Both the position numbers and the translations under genes were made by a program. Below, piece after piece: positions 1 through 13,135 of a DNA stretch of 64,000 bases. The notes beneath the pieces were generated by a model, which saw nothing but the letters and a program-made list of their open reading frames with translations, made no database searches and was not told the DNA's origin. The stretch lies in the NCBI GenBank assembly GCA_028826165.1, contig JAPDFW010000059.1, forward strand, positions 434,001-498,000. The letters are read 5' to 3'. Source of the DNA: Anaeramoeba ignava BMAN. Its lineage: Eukaryota; Protista; Anaeramoebae. Positions within the stretch are counted from its first letter, which is position 1; the number at the start of each line of letters is the position of its first letter.

Positions 1-1578
1 GTAATTGATGATTAAGAGACATATAAATGATAATATCCTGATTATCGATCATATTTATTGGTTTTATTGAAAGCAACTCGTTAATAGTCAAATTTTCAAT
101 TTTGTTTTTAAGTTCTAAATCCAAATCCAATTCATTTTCAAACTTTTTCAATTCAATAATTTCCTTAATTTTTTCTTGAGATAATTTTTGGTTGAAAGGT
201 TGTATTTCAAAATTATTTTCTCGAATTGAATAAAATTTATTTTGATCAAAAACCCCAATATTTTTCATAATATCCTTTTTGATTTTTTCTATTCTTTTGC
301 TAAAATATTCCTTTGTTTGCTTTTCCAAGTTTTTCCAAAATTTAACCCATTCTAAAAATGTAGGACAAATAATATTTTGAATCATTTCATACAATCCATT
401 TTGGTTAATAGAATCAAGAATAATTTCGAAAAGTTGATCAGATTCTTTTTTTTTAAAAAGAATTTCAAATAAAGAATATTTAAGATCTTCTGTGTAAAAA
501 AGGGTATTTATTGTTTTTGGAGTGATAATATTCTTGAAAATTTGAGAATTAAAACAAATTTTGAGCATGAAAATAGATTCTTTAATAAAATTTTCGTTAA
601 CTTCTTTTTTGTTAAGTTCTTCAGATTTGAGTTTAATAATATCAAGAGTTGATTCAGATATTTGAAGAGCTTCAAAAATTGGGATAAACCATAAAAGTTT
701 AAATCTGTAATTTTTTACTAAAATTTTTGAAATGAAGAGTAAATTTTCTTTTATTTTTGATATAAAAGTGTTAAGAGAAGGTATTTGAATTAAATGATAA
801 ATAACTTCATAAAAATGAACTAAATCTCCAATATTTGTAATTTGTGTTGTTGGGAAAAAAAGAACTTCTGAAAAATTTCTTTGCATATTCTTAGCAACAG
901 AATGATGAAATAAAATAATAAGAAAAGTTCTAAATAATGGAAATTTTTGATATTGGCTCTTGATTAAATTATAAACTGCTGAAGAAAATAGGTTTTCAAG
1001 ATATTTTTCATTATTTTTGATTTGAGAAATTGTTCCATTATAGTTTCATGCACTTTAATAATTTGAGTAAAACTTGATTGGATTTCAATTTGATTTTGAT
1101 TTGAATTTTGATTTCCAAATTCAATATCACTTTCACTTTCACTTTCACTTTCAATTTGATTTTGATTTTGATTTTGATTTCCGAAAATGTTTTCTTCAAA
1201 TTGAATTATAAGAACAATTAGAAATTCTGATGCAATTATTTCTTTTTCGTTTTCATTTCCTTTTTGGCTTTTGCTTTTCTTTTCTTTTTCTGTAAAAATG
1301 AAAAAATTTAAATTTGATTGAGTTTTTTCAAAAGGAAAAGTTTTTTTGATTGGTTGTGATCTCTTTTGATGTTTTGTTTTTATTTTCTGTTTTTTCATTT
1401 CGATTGACCATTCTTTAAGAGTTTTTTCATTTGATTCATCTTTAAAAATCCAAATATTTTGATTTTGATTAGATTGAATCATTTCTTTTTCATTGCATTT
1501 AAAAGTGATTTTATTTTTATCTTTTTTTCTTTGTTTGTAACAAATGAAAAGTTGAGGTTTTAAATTGTTTTGAGACAT
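1..1578 (-). CDS. Large hypothetical protein, 5' part; runs off the left edge; one apparent frameshift near 1030
   Basis: ORF 964-1578 continues after a 1-nt shift in a T-run (GAA CAA TTT [T]CT CAA) into a frame (SQIKNNEKYLENLFSSAVYNL...) that is stop-free to position 1. No recognisable domain. Confidence 0.6.
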
Positions 1579-1690
1579 TTTTTAAAAATGAAAAAAAATG
1601 AAATAAAAAAAAGGAAAAAAAAATAAATGAAAAAATATTTTTTCCTTTTTTTCTTTATTTTTTTTTTCCGGTTTTTAATTAATTTGAAAA

Positions 1691-3593
1691 ATGATTACAA
1701 TTATTCCTTTATTTAAATTTTATCCAATTTATTTTATTCCAATTACAAATGAAAATAAAAGAGAATTTAGTTTTAAATACATTCATGAACTACTTTGTCA
1801 ACAATTACAAAAGGAAAAAGAAGAGATATTTCTTCAACCATTCCAAAATTATTATGACAAAGAAAATTTGACGATGGAACAAATAAAAGGCAAAATCATT
1901 TCAATGAGATTTTTACACAAAAACAAATATGAAGTGAAATCTGAACATTGCTTAACTCACGAACAATTTCCAATAACAATATCAAATGAAACAACAACAA
2001 AACAAATGAAGGAAAAAATATCATCACAATTATATATTCCTTTTGATGATTTGCGGTTGATTCATCGCGGAAGAGATATGGAAGATCCAAAAAATGCGGA
2101 GAATTATGATATAAAAGAAGATTCAATAATTCATATTGTTTTTTGTTATGTTATTTCTCAACACCATATTTATTATTATCTTCCTTCTCAAGAAACAATG
2201 ATTGAAAGTTATCAAAAATATTTTGATAAAAACAACCAATTAAACTTCAAAGAAAATGAACCGATTATTCTGGTTCATGAATATTGCTTTCCTCATTCTC
2301 AACCGAATTCAGAACATCTAGGTGTGAGAAGGGGGATCAGTTTTTATTGCCAATGCTTGAACGAGAAGTGTTCATTGAGCGGATCTTTTTTCTTGGTTAA
2401 TCCGCATTTGAGCCAAGTGAACGAACCATATTTTGTTAAGATCAAACCATTTGAATTTTCATCTCAAATTGAATGTCCGTCTTGTGGTCAACATAACTGC
2501 CAAATTGAGAGGATTTTCTTGCAAGATTGTTGGGTTATGTGGCATGGATACAAAAACAAGAATTATACCTATCAGAACTGGATTTCTGTTCCCAGAGATT
2601 GCCAGCATATTCGTGATCGTCGACTTCAAAATAATTATATCAATACTGTTTCTGATTTTGATAATTTGGAGCAGTGGAATAACTTGGAAATTGTTGTCTC
2701 TTTTCATTTACAGTGTTCTTTATGCTTCCAAATTTATTTTTTCCAGTTTGATCGGTATAGATCAGAGATTTTGACTTGCAGAAAATGTTTTCGCACTTTT
2801 GATAAGCAATGTTATGAAGATTTTTTGCAGACAAATTCAATCGATCCAAAATCTCAATTCTGTCCTTTTTGTAGGTCTTCAGTAACAAATGATTTCCTTA
2901 ATCTTTCCCAGAGAAATGCTGGTGATTTGAGGGTTTTATGCAATGATGGTGTTGAACTGCAAGTCCATTATCTTCTTTTTCAAGCACGACTTTCTTTGGA
3001 TGAAAATTTAAGTCAAAAATTATCAAAGGAAAGAATATGCTCAGTTTTAGGGAAGTATAACTCAGAATTTGTGCAGAGATTTATTGGTTGGATTTATTCA
3101 GGATATGAAAAGAGGGAAATCACAGAAGAAACAAGTTTGGGAGAAGTTTTTGGGTTATTTTGGGAAAATCGGGATTGGGAACAAATTTATGAATCAAAAA
3201 GTGGGTATAATGGGTTTGTTTCTGATTTGAGAAGGTTGTATGAAAGTGATGAAACGAAGGATTTTAAGATTATTGTTGAAGAAAGTGATTTTTGGGTTCA
3301 CAAGTTTGTTCTTGAAGCTCGGAGTGAGTTATTTCGGGAGATGTTTGAAAAAGTGGAAGATTCATCTAATTGTGTCCATGATTATTCTGGGAAGTCGAAG
3401 GAAAGCTTTTTCTGTTTTGGTTAAGTGGCTTTATTTTGATTTGTGTGATGAGGATGTTTGTCGAGATGTTCGAGAAGAGTTGGAGGATTCTCAAGAATAT
3501 TTTCAATTTTCTAAGGATCCTTTGAATGGGGAGAGTTGGAGCTATTGTGGATTTGTATCTTCTTTGAGTGAGATTAAACGAAAAATTTTTTAA
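1691..3593 (+). CDS. Ubiquitin-like + Cys-rich Zn domain + RING-like + tandem BTB/POZ protein (frameshift near 3410)
   Basis: Ubl (MKEKISSQLYIPFDDLRLIHRGRDMED...YDIKEDSIIHIV); CxCxxxxC...CPSC region; CSLC..CRKC..C..CPFC; two BTB starts (DLRVLCNDG..VHYLLFQAR; DFKIIVEE..VHKFVLEARSELFREMF). The C-terminus continues in ORF 3240-3593 after an extra T. Confidence 0.75.
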
Positions 3594-3619
3594 TCTCCGA
3601 AGCAATTCAATTTAAATAA

Positions 3620-6067
3620 TCAAAAAATTTATTAATTAAATATAATTTAAAATAAATTTATAAATTAAATATTAATTAAAAATAGATTTATTTTTATTTA
3701 TTTTATTTGATTAAATATTAAATTTAAAAATAATTAAATAAAAAGTGGAATATATTTATAAATATAATTTAAAATAAATTTATAAATTAAATATTAAATT
3801 AAAATAGATTTATTTTTATTTATTTTTGATTAAATATTAAATTTAAAAATAATTAAATAAAAAGTGGAATATATTTATAAATATAATTTAAAAATAAATT
3901 TATAAATTAATTATTAATTTAAAATAAATTTAATTTTATTTATTTTATTTGATTAAATATTAAATTAAAATTAATTAAATAAAAAGTGGAATATATTTAT
4001 AAATATAATTTAAAATAAATTTATAAATTAAATATTAATTTAAAATAGATTTAATTTTATTTATTTTTAATAATTAAATATTAAATTGAAAATAATTAAA
4101 TAAAAAGTGGAATATATTTATAAATATAATTTAAAATAAATTTATAAATTAAATATTAATTTAAAATAGATTTAATTTTATTTATTTTTTTAATTAAATA
4201 TTAAATTGAAAATAATTAAATAAAAATTTTAAAAATATATTTATAAATATAATTTAAAATTGGTGTTGTAAATAATTAAAATTTAAAATAAATTTATAAA
4301 TTAAATAATTAAAAATAGATTTATTTTTATTTATTTTTTTTGATTAAATATTAAATTTAAAAATAATTAAATAAAAAGTGGAATATATTTATAAATATAA
4401 TTTAAAATAGATTTATAAATTAAATATAATTAAAAATAGATTTAATTTTATTTATTTTTATTTATTAAATATTAAATTGAAAATAATTAAAAATAAATAA
4501 ATAAATAAACCAATTTTTAAAAATAAAAATAAGAAAAAATATAAATTTAAATTTATTTGATTTTAATTAAATAAAAAATGGAATAAAAAGTGGAATATAT
4601 TTATAAATATAATTTAAAATAAATTTATAAATTAATTATTAAATTAAAATAGATTTAATTTTATTTATTTTTGATTAAATATTAAATTTAAAAATAATTA
4701 AATATAATAAATAAATAAATATAATTTAAAAATAAATTTTTAAAAATAAAAATAAGAAAAATAAATTTAAATTTAAATATTAAATTAAAAATAATTAAAT
4801 AAAAGTGGAATAAATATAAAGTGGAATATATTTATAAATATAATTTAAAAATAAATTTATAAATTAATTATTAATTAAAATAGATTTAATTTTATTTATT
4901 TTATTGATTAAATATTAAATTGAAAATAATTAAATAAAAAGTGGAATATATTTATAAATATAATTTAAAATAAATTTATAAATTAAATATTAATTAAAAA
5001 TAGATTTATTTTTATTTATTTTTGATTAATTAAATATTAAATTGAAAATAATTAAATAAAAAGTGGAATATATTTATAAATATAATTTAAAATAGATTTA
5101 TAAATTAATTATTAATTTAAAATAGATTTAATTTTATTTATTTTTTTGATTAAATATTAAATTTAAAATAATTAAATAAAAAGTGGAATATATTTATAAA
5201 TATAATTTAAAATAGATTTATAAATTAAATATTAATTGAAAATAGATTTAATTTTATTTATTTTATTTGATTAAATATTAAATTGAAAATAATTAAATAA
5301 AAAGTGGAATATATTTATAAATATAATTTAAAATAAATTTATAAATTAAATATAATTAAAAATATATTTAATTTTATTTATTTTTGATTAAATATTAAAT
5401 TAAAAATAATTAAATAAAAAGTGGAATATATTTATAAATATAATTTAAAATAGATTTATAAATTAAATATTAATTTAAAAATAGATTTAATTTTATTTAT
5501 TTTTTTAATTAAATATTAAATTGAAAATAATTAAATAAAAAGTGGAATATATTTATAAATATAATTTAAAATAAATTTATAAATTAAATATTAATTTAAA
5601 ATAGATTTAATTTTATTTATTTTTTTGATTAAATATTAAATTAAAAATAATTAAAAATAATAAATAAATAAACCAATTTTTTAAAAATAAAAAATAAGAA
5701 AAAAAATAAATTTAAATTTAAATTGGTGTTGTAAATAATTAAATAAAAAGTGGAATAAAAAGTGGAATATATTTATAAATATAATTTAAAATAAATTTAT
5801 AAATTAAATATTAATTGAAAATAGATTTAATTTTATTTATTTTTTTAATTAAATATTAAATTTAAAATAATTAAATAAAAAGTGGAATATATTTATAAAT
5901 ATAATTTAAAATAAATTTATAAATTAAATATTAATTTAAAATAGATTTAATTTTATTTATTTTTATTTGATTAAATATTAAATTAAAAATAATTAAAAAT
6001 AATAAATAAATAAACCAATTTTTTAAAAATAAAAAATAAGAAAAAAAAAATAATTTAAATTTAAATT
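3620..6067 (+). repeat. About 120-bp AT-rich tandem array abutting the tRNA-Val 5' end
   Basis: AAAAGTGGAATATATTTATAAATATAATTTAAAA recurs at about 3741, 3860, 3982, 4104 ... 5060, 5180, 5301, 5418, 5538, 5878. Confidence 0.9.
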
Positions 6068-6140
6068 GGTGTTGTGGTGTAGGGGTTATCACGTCAGTTT
6101 AACACACTGAAGGTCCCAAGTTCGATTCTTGGCAACATCA
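6068..6140 (+). tRNA. tRNA-Val(AAC)
   Basis: 73 nt; acceptor stem GGTGTTG/CAACATC+A; anticodon arm TCAGT-TTAACAC-ACTGA; T-loop GTTCGATT; followed by T-runs (Pol III terminator). Confidence 0.96.
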
Positions 6141-6331
6141 TTTTATTTTTTTTATTTTTTGTTTTTATTTTGTTGTTTTGTTTTGTTTTGTTTTGTTTTT
6201 GTTGTTTTTGTTTTTGTTTTTGTTTTTTTGTTTTTGTTTTTGTTTTTGTTTTTGTTTTTAGTTTTGTTTTTAAATCTAAATCTTGTTTTGGTTTTTAAAA
6301 TGAATTTTTTAGTAAATTTTATTTTAAAAAG

Positions 6332-7867
6332 TTAATTTTGTTTAATAGAAATTTTAGGATTATTTTCTAATAAAGAAAACTTTTCAAAAGGAGTTTTAAT
6401 TTTATCTGGATTAATTTTGTTTTTTAACTTGTATCTAGTCATAAGTTTTGTACCGACTTTATCCATAACATTAATAGCATGATCCAAATCCGATTTAGTA
6501 TGAGCAGAACTAACACAAAGCCTGATTCTTGTATCGACCAAATTTGTAGCAGGAAAACCAACAGAAACAAGAGCAAGACCTTTAGCAAGACATTTTCGGG
6601 AAAACTCAGCAATAACAGAAGGACAATAAATAAGAACAGGAATGACAGGAGAATCCATATCTCCAATCGTATAAAAACCCTTATTGATAAGACTCTTGCG
6701 GAGATAGTTTGAATTTTCCTTGAGTTTTTTGACTCTTTTATTTCCGACATTTTTGTCCATAATAGAATCGAGAGCAACAAGGATCTGTTCAGCGCAAGCG
6801 GGCGACAAAGAATCAGCATAGATCGAGGAATAACTCTTGAGACGGAGAGTATCAATAATATCCTTGTCAGCTGCAATATAACCGCCAACTGACCCAAATG
6901 ACTTTGTAAATGTTCCCATTAAAATGTCAACATCAGAAGGGTTTAAATTGTAGTAATCCACAACGCCTCTGCTGCTCTCGCCAATCGCGCCGATGGAGTG
7001 CGCTTCATCAATATAAAGATAGCATTTGTATTTTTTCTTCAACGCAATAATTTCCGGCAACGGAACAATTTCTCCTTCCATTGAATAAATGCCTTCCACA
7101 ACAATCATTATTTTCTTCCAAGGCCGTCCTGTTCGCGGCTGGCCTTTCACAATCGCGTTGCGGATCACCTTCTCCAGATGATTCATGTTGTTATGCTGGA
7201 ATACGCGAACCGTTGCTTTTGACGACCGTGAGCCCCAAACTAACGACGCGTGATTCAGACAATCGGAGATGATTAAACTTTCCTTTCCGCAAATTAACGG
7301 CAATGAAGTACTGTTTGTTGCAAACCCCATTGCAAAACAGATCGCATCTTCCTTCCTTACAAATTCCGCAACCTTCTTCTCAAGCTCAATCAACTTCTGA
7401 CTGCGTCCAACCTCGTTTCTTGTCGAGCACATTGCTGGCGAGTAATTTTCAAGTGTTTCAACGATTTTTTTATCATGAAAACCTGAAGGAACCGTGAATC
7501 CGAGGTAATTATACGATCCCATGTTTAAACATTTCTGTGTTTTGCCTGTAAATTCGAGTTGATTAACTTTATTAGGGACAAATTTTCTTTCCAAAACATC
7601 GATCCATGCTGCTGGTGAAGATGAAATGGGTCGGTTTAAAATATCATGTACTCTTCCATATACTTTTCGTACATAAAATGCTTGGAATGAATCCGTTAGT
7701 GGCGCTAATATCTTCCTTTTCTTCCCTGATTTTACTAATCCTAATACTGAAAAAAATGATGCGCATACTTTCTCAAATAGATCTTCTAAATACCCAAATA
7801 TTATCATCACTCCATACGTCATATATACTGTTACTATGTTGAAAAATGTGATTGGATACTTTGTCAT
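6332..7867 (-). CDS. LCB2: Serine palmitoyltransferase catalytic subunit (LCB2/SPTLC2)
   Basis: Intronless 511 aa; CLNMGSYNYLGF, NHASL, VEGIYSMEG, YIDEAHSIGA and the PLP-lysine motif GTFTKSFG. Confidence 0.96.
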   Translation of the reverse strand: MTKYPITFFNIVTVYMTYGVMIIFGYLEDLFEKVCASFFSVLGLVKSGKKRKILAPLTDSFQAFYVRKVYGRVHDILNRPISSSPAAWIDVLERKFVPNKVNQLEFTGKTQKCLNMGSYNYLGFTVPSGFHDKKIVETLENYSPAMCSTRNEVGRSQKLIELEKKVAEFVRKEDAICFAMGFATNSTSLPLICGKESLIISDCLNHASLVWGSRSSKATVRVFQHNNMNHLEKVIRNAIVKGQPRTGRPWKKIMIVVEGIYSMEGEIVPLPEIIALKKKYKCYLYIDEAHSIGAIGESSRGVVDYYNLNPSDVDILMGTFTKSFGSVGGYIAADKDIIDTLRLKSYSSIYADSLSPACAEQILVALDSIMDKNVGNKRVKKLKENSNYLRKSLINKGFYTIGDMDSPVIPVLIYCPSVIAEFSRKCLAKGLALVSVGFPATNLVDTRIRLCVSSAHTKSDLDHAINVMDKVGTKLMTRYKLKNKINPDKIKTPFEKFSLLENNPKISIKQN

Positions 7868-7949
7868 TTTTGTTTGAAATCTTTTTGCAATAACAAAAAA
7901 AAAAAACCAAAAAAAAATGAAAAAAAAAAAAATAATTTTTTGTAATTTT

Positions 7950-9615
7950 TATTTATTTTAAATTTAATAAATTTTTTAATCTATTTATTTTAAAATAGAT
8001 TATTAAATTAATCTTATTTAATTATATTTAATTTTTATTTTTATATTTTTAAATTAAATTTTAAATTTTTAAATAAATTTTTATTATTAAATTAATTTTA
8101 TTTATATTTTTATTTTAAATTTTTAAATAAATTTTTAATTTTTAATTAAAATTTGTTTTAAATTTAAAATAAATTAACCTTTATTTAATTATATTTAATT
8201 ATATTTATATTTTTAAATTCAATGTCAATTTCATTTTTTTAATCATTTTTTTTTAATATAAATATTTATTTTAAATTTATAAATTTTTATTCTATTTAAT
8301 TTAAAATAGATTAATAAATTAACCTTATTTAATTATATTTAATTTTATTTATATTTTTTAAATTTAATTTTTAAATAAATTTTTAATAATTTTTTTTAAT
8401 ATAAATATTTATTTTAAATTTATAAATTTTTTAATCTATTTAATTTAAAATAGATTATTAAATTAACCTTATTTAATTATATTTAATTTTATTTATATTT
8501 TTTAAATTCAATGTCAATTTCATTTTTTAATCATTTTTTTTAATTTAAATATTTATTTTAAATTTATAAATTTTTAATCTATTTAATTTAAAATAGATTA
8601 TTAAATTAACCTTTATTTAATTATATTTAATTATATTTATATTTTTATATTAAATTTTTAAATAATTTTTTAATAATTTTTTTTAATATAAATATTTATT
8701 TTAAATTTATAAATTTTTTATTCTATTTAATCTAAAATAAATTAATAAATTAACCTTATTTAATTATATTTAATTTTTTTATATATTTTTAAATTTAATT
8801 TTTAAATAGATTTTTTTATCATTTTTTTTAATATAAATTTTAATTTTAAATTTATAAATTTTTATTCTATTTAATCTAAAATAAATTAATAAATTAACCT
8901 CATTTAATATTATTTAATTTTTTATATATTTTTAAATTTAATTTTTAAATAGATTTTTTATCATTTTTTTTAATATAAATTTTTATTTTACATTTATAAA
9001 TTTTTATTCTATTTAATCTAAAATAAATTAATAAATTAACCTTATTTAATATTATTTAATTTTATATATATTTTTAAATTTAATTTTTAAATAGATTTTT
9101 TATCATTTTTTTTAATATAAATTTTAATTTTAAATTAATAAATTTTTTATTCTATTTAATTTAAAATAAATTAATAAATTAACCTTATTTAATATTATTT
9201 AATTTTATATATATTTTTAAATTAAATGTCAATTTCATTTTTTTATCTTTTTTTTAATTTAAATATTTATTTTAAATTTATAAATTTTTAATCTATTTAA
9301 TTTAAAATTGATTATTAAATTAACCTTATTTAATTATATTTAATTTTATTTATATTTTTAAATTCAATTTTTAAATAGATTTTTTAATAATTTTTTTTAA
9401 TATAAATTTTAATTTTAAATTAATAAATTTTTTATTCTATTTAATTTAAAATAGATTATTAAATTAACCTTATTTAATTATATTTAATTATATTTATATT
9501 TTTTATATTCAATGTCAATTTCATTTTTTTATCATTTTTTTTAATTTAAATATTTATTTTACATTTATAAATTTTTTTATTCTATTTAATCTAAAATAAA
9601 TTAATAAATTAGCCT
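7950..9615. repeat. About 144-bp AT-rich tandem array between divergent genes
   Basis: AATTAACCTT marker recurs at about 8176, 8321, 8466, 8608, 8752, 8896, 9038, 9181, 9322, 9466. Confidence 0.9.
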
Positions 9616-9672
9616 TTAAAAAATCATTTTTCATTTTTCATTTTTATTTATATATATTTTTTTAAAGATTAA

Positions 9673-11485
9673 ATGAAACAAAATCATTCAAAATTTTCTC
9701 AAATCAAAGAAATAAATCTTCCTCAAATAAATTCATTTGAAAAAAACAATCAACAATATAAATTCCCACAAAAAACACAAAAACAAAATTTAAGATTAAA
9801 TAGTCGAGCAAAATCATCACCAAATTATTCTGAAAATACAATTTCTTTAAAAAAACCAAATCCAAAATCAAATATAAAAAAAAATTCTTTCCAAAATAAT
9901 AATTTTCACAATAATTTTAATCAAGAATTAGAAGAAATAACGAATCAAAATTCCTCAATTAATCCCAAAAAAGAAATTGAAATAGAAAAAGAAATTTCAA
10001 ATATTCTTAAATTTGATAATAACCTTTCTCCTTTTATTTTAAATGAAGAAAAACAAAACAAATTTATTCAAGAAATCGAACTTTTACAGTCTAAAATAAA
10101 TCGTGTTTTAAAGGATTTTTCAGAAACAAAAATTTATTCAAATTTAAATTTAAATTCAACTTTAATTTCTTCACAAAATTTTGAAAATGAAGAATTTAAA
10201 CCATTTCTTAATGATAATTATAATTTTATTCAACTTTTGGAAAATTGGGGTTTATTAGAAATTCATGATATTTTTATCAATTCATTACAAAATCCAAATC
10301 AAATTGAAAAATATTCTAGAAAGTATAAAAACAGTAAAATTAAACTTAAGGATATTAAAACAAGAAGAAACAAATTGAAAAAATCTCTTTCAGAAAAATT
10401 AGATGAAGTTTTTCAAATGGAAAAAATATTTATATTTCAAAACACAAATCAAAATAAAAATGAAAATCAATTTAAAAATGAAAATCAAAATCAAAATCAA
10501 AATCAAAATAAAAATCAATTTGGAAATCAATTTAAAAATCAAAATCAATTTAAAAATCAATTTGAATATAAAAATCAAAATCAAAATCAATTTGGAAATC
10601 AAAATCAAAATCAATTTGAAAATCAAAATCAAAATCAAAAATCAAAATCAAAATCAAAATCAAAATCAAAATCAAAATCAAAATCAAAATCAAAATCAAT
10701 TTGAAAATCAAAATCAATTTAAAAATCAAAATCAAAATCAAAACAAAAATCAATTTGAAAATCAAAATCAATTTGGAAATCAATTTGAAAATCAAAATCA
10801 AAATCAATTTGAAAATCAAAATCAATTTGAAAATCAAAATCAAAATCAAAATCAAAATCAAAATCAATTTGGAAATCAATTTAAAAATCAAAATCAATTT
10901 GGAAATCAATTTGAAAATCAAAATCAAAATCAATTTGAAAATCAATTTAAAAATCAATTTAAAAATCAAAATCAAAATCAATTTAAAAATCAAAATCAAA
11001 ATCAAAATCAAAATCAAAATCAATTTGAAAATCAAAATCAATTTGAAAATCAAAATCAAAATCAAAATCAAAATCAAAATCAAAATCAATTTGAAAATCA
11101 ATTTGAAAATCAATTTGAAAATGAAAATGAAAATCAATTTGAAAATCAATTTGAAAATCAATTTGAATTGGAAAATCAATTTAAAAATCAATTTGGAAAT
11201 CAATTTGAATTGGAAAATCAATCCAATTCTCTATCTTCAATTTTTTATTTCAATGAAAATGATTCTAATCAAAATTTTCAAGAAATAAGTTCAGATTTAT
11301 TTTCAAATGAAACAAAAGAAAAATATTCTCAAAATTATTTAAAAAATTTAAATGAATTTGGAATGAAAATTAGTAAAAGTGATCCATTATCAATTTTAAA
11401 AACAAATAAAATTGGAATTGAAGAAATCTCAAATGAAATGAATTCAGGAAATCTTTCATTAAGTGATGGAGAATTTTTAATTTAA
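9673..11485 (+). CDS. Hypothetical Asn/Gln-rich low-complexity protein (frameshift near 10640)
   Basis: ORFs 9673-10704 and 10403-11485 join through the NQ/NQFE repeat after a single extra A. TCATTTTT repeats precede the ATG. Confidence 0.6.
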
Positions 11486-11790
11486 AATTTTTGATAAAAG
11501 AAAAGAAAAGAAATTAATTTAAAAAATCTTTCATTAAATTGAATTGAATTAAATTGAATTAAATTGAATTGAATTTTCTTGGATTATTTGCAAAACAACC
11601 AAGAAAACAAAATCATTTTTTTAAAAAAAAAACAAAGAAAAAATTTGATTAAAAAAAAAATGAAATGAAACAAACTTCGAAATTTTTTTTCAAACTAAAT
11701 CCAATTTCCAAAATTTAAATGAAATTAAATGAAAAAAAAAAGTGGATTGAAATGAAAGTGAGAAAAACTGTTTAAATAAAGAAAAATCAA

Positions 11791-12949
11791 CTAGCAACAA
11801 CCCATTGAATTTTTTTTAAGTTGATCATCAGAAGATAAAGTAAGAGGAATTTTATGGATTTGATTATTTGGTTTTTGAAGAATAGCTTTTGTTAAAGATT
11901 GAACAGCATCATCAACATTTGTTTTATTTTTAGCAGAAACAAAATGAAAAGCAGAAAATCCATTTTTAGTTGCATATTGATTCAAATCAACAAGAACGTT
12001 ATTTTCTAAATCGCATTTGTTTGCTAATAAAATTACTGGTATTTGTTCTCCATCTGTTTGTGCTTTGTCATCTAACTCTTTTTTCCATTCTTTTACATGT
12101 CGGAAACTGGATCGATTATTTACATCAAAAACTACAAATGCTGCTGATGCATTTCGATAGAATTGTGGTGTAATTGATCTAAAATTTGGATTTCCTGCAA
12201 TATCTAATTTTTTCCAATTCATTTGAAATTAAAATTCATTTATTAAATTAAAATTCATTTATAAAATTAAAATTCATTTATAAAATTAAAATTGATATTG
12301 AAATTAAATTTAAAATTAAAATAAAAATTAAAATTAAAATTAATATTAAAATTAAAATTAAAATTAAAATTAAAATTCATTTATAAAATTAAAATTCATT
12401 TATAAAATTAAAATTAATATTAAAATTAAAATTAAAATTAAAATTAAAATCAAAATTAAAATCAAATTAAAATTAAAATTAAAATTGAATTTGAAATTAA
12501 AATTGAATTTGAAATTAAAATTAAAATTAAAATTAAAATTAAAATCAAAATCAATATTAAAATTGAATTTAAAATTAAATTTAAAATTAAAATTGAAATT
12601 CATTTATAAAATTAAATTTAAAATTAAAATTAAAATTCATTTATAAAATTGAAATTAAAATTGAATTTAAAATTAAATTTAAAATTAAAATTGAAATTCA
12701 TTTATAAAATTGAATTTAAAATTAAAATTAGAATTGAATATTTTTACCCCAATATTGAATTTTAATTGTGTTATTGTCTGATTCAATTGTTTGCATTACA
12801 AAATCAACACCTATTGTACTACTTTCAGAAACGTTGAATTTTTGACCAGTTATTCTTTTAACAAAACTAGTTTTTCCAACAGCAGGATCTCCAACAACTA
12901 AAACTTTATAAAGAAGTTCAACTTTTTGAATTAAACCAAGATCACTCAT
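11791..12949 (-). CDS. Rab32/38/29-family small GTPase, 2 exons
   Basis: GDPAVGKTS, STIGVDF, YW-G|gt...ag|AT giving WDIAGNPNF, WKKELDDK..IPVILLANKCD, SAK, C-terminal GCC. Intron about 12204-12747. Confidence 0.88.
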
Positions 12950-13135
12950 TATTAAAAATTTTCTTAAATTTTATTTTGAAATTTTTTTTTATTTTTAATT
13001 TTTATTATTTTTTCTTTTTTAAAAAATGAAATGAAAAAAATGAAAAAAATGAAAAAAATGAAAAATGAAAAATTAATTCATTTTCTTATTTGGATTTTTG
13101 ATTTCTTTTCTTTTCTTTTTCTTTTCTTATTAAAA

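Noticed and set aside
3620-9615. Tandem arrays as CRISPR arrays
   Set aside because: Whole units repeat with no unique spacers, there are no cas genes, and the context is eukaryotic.
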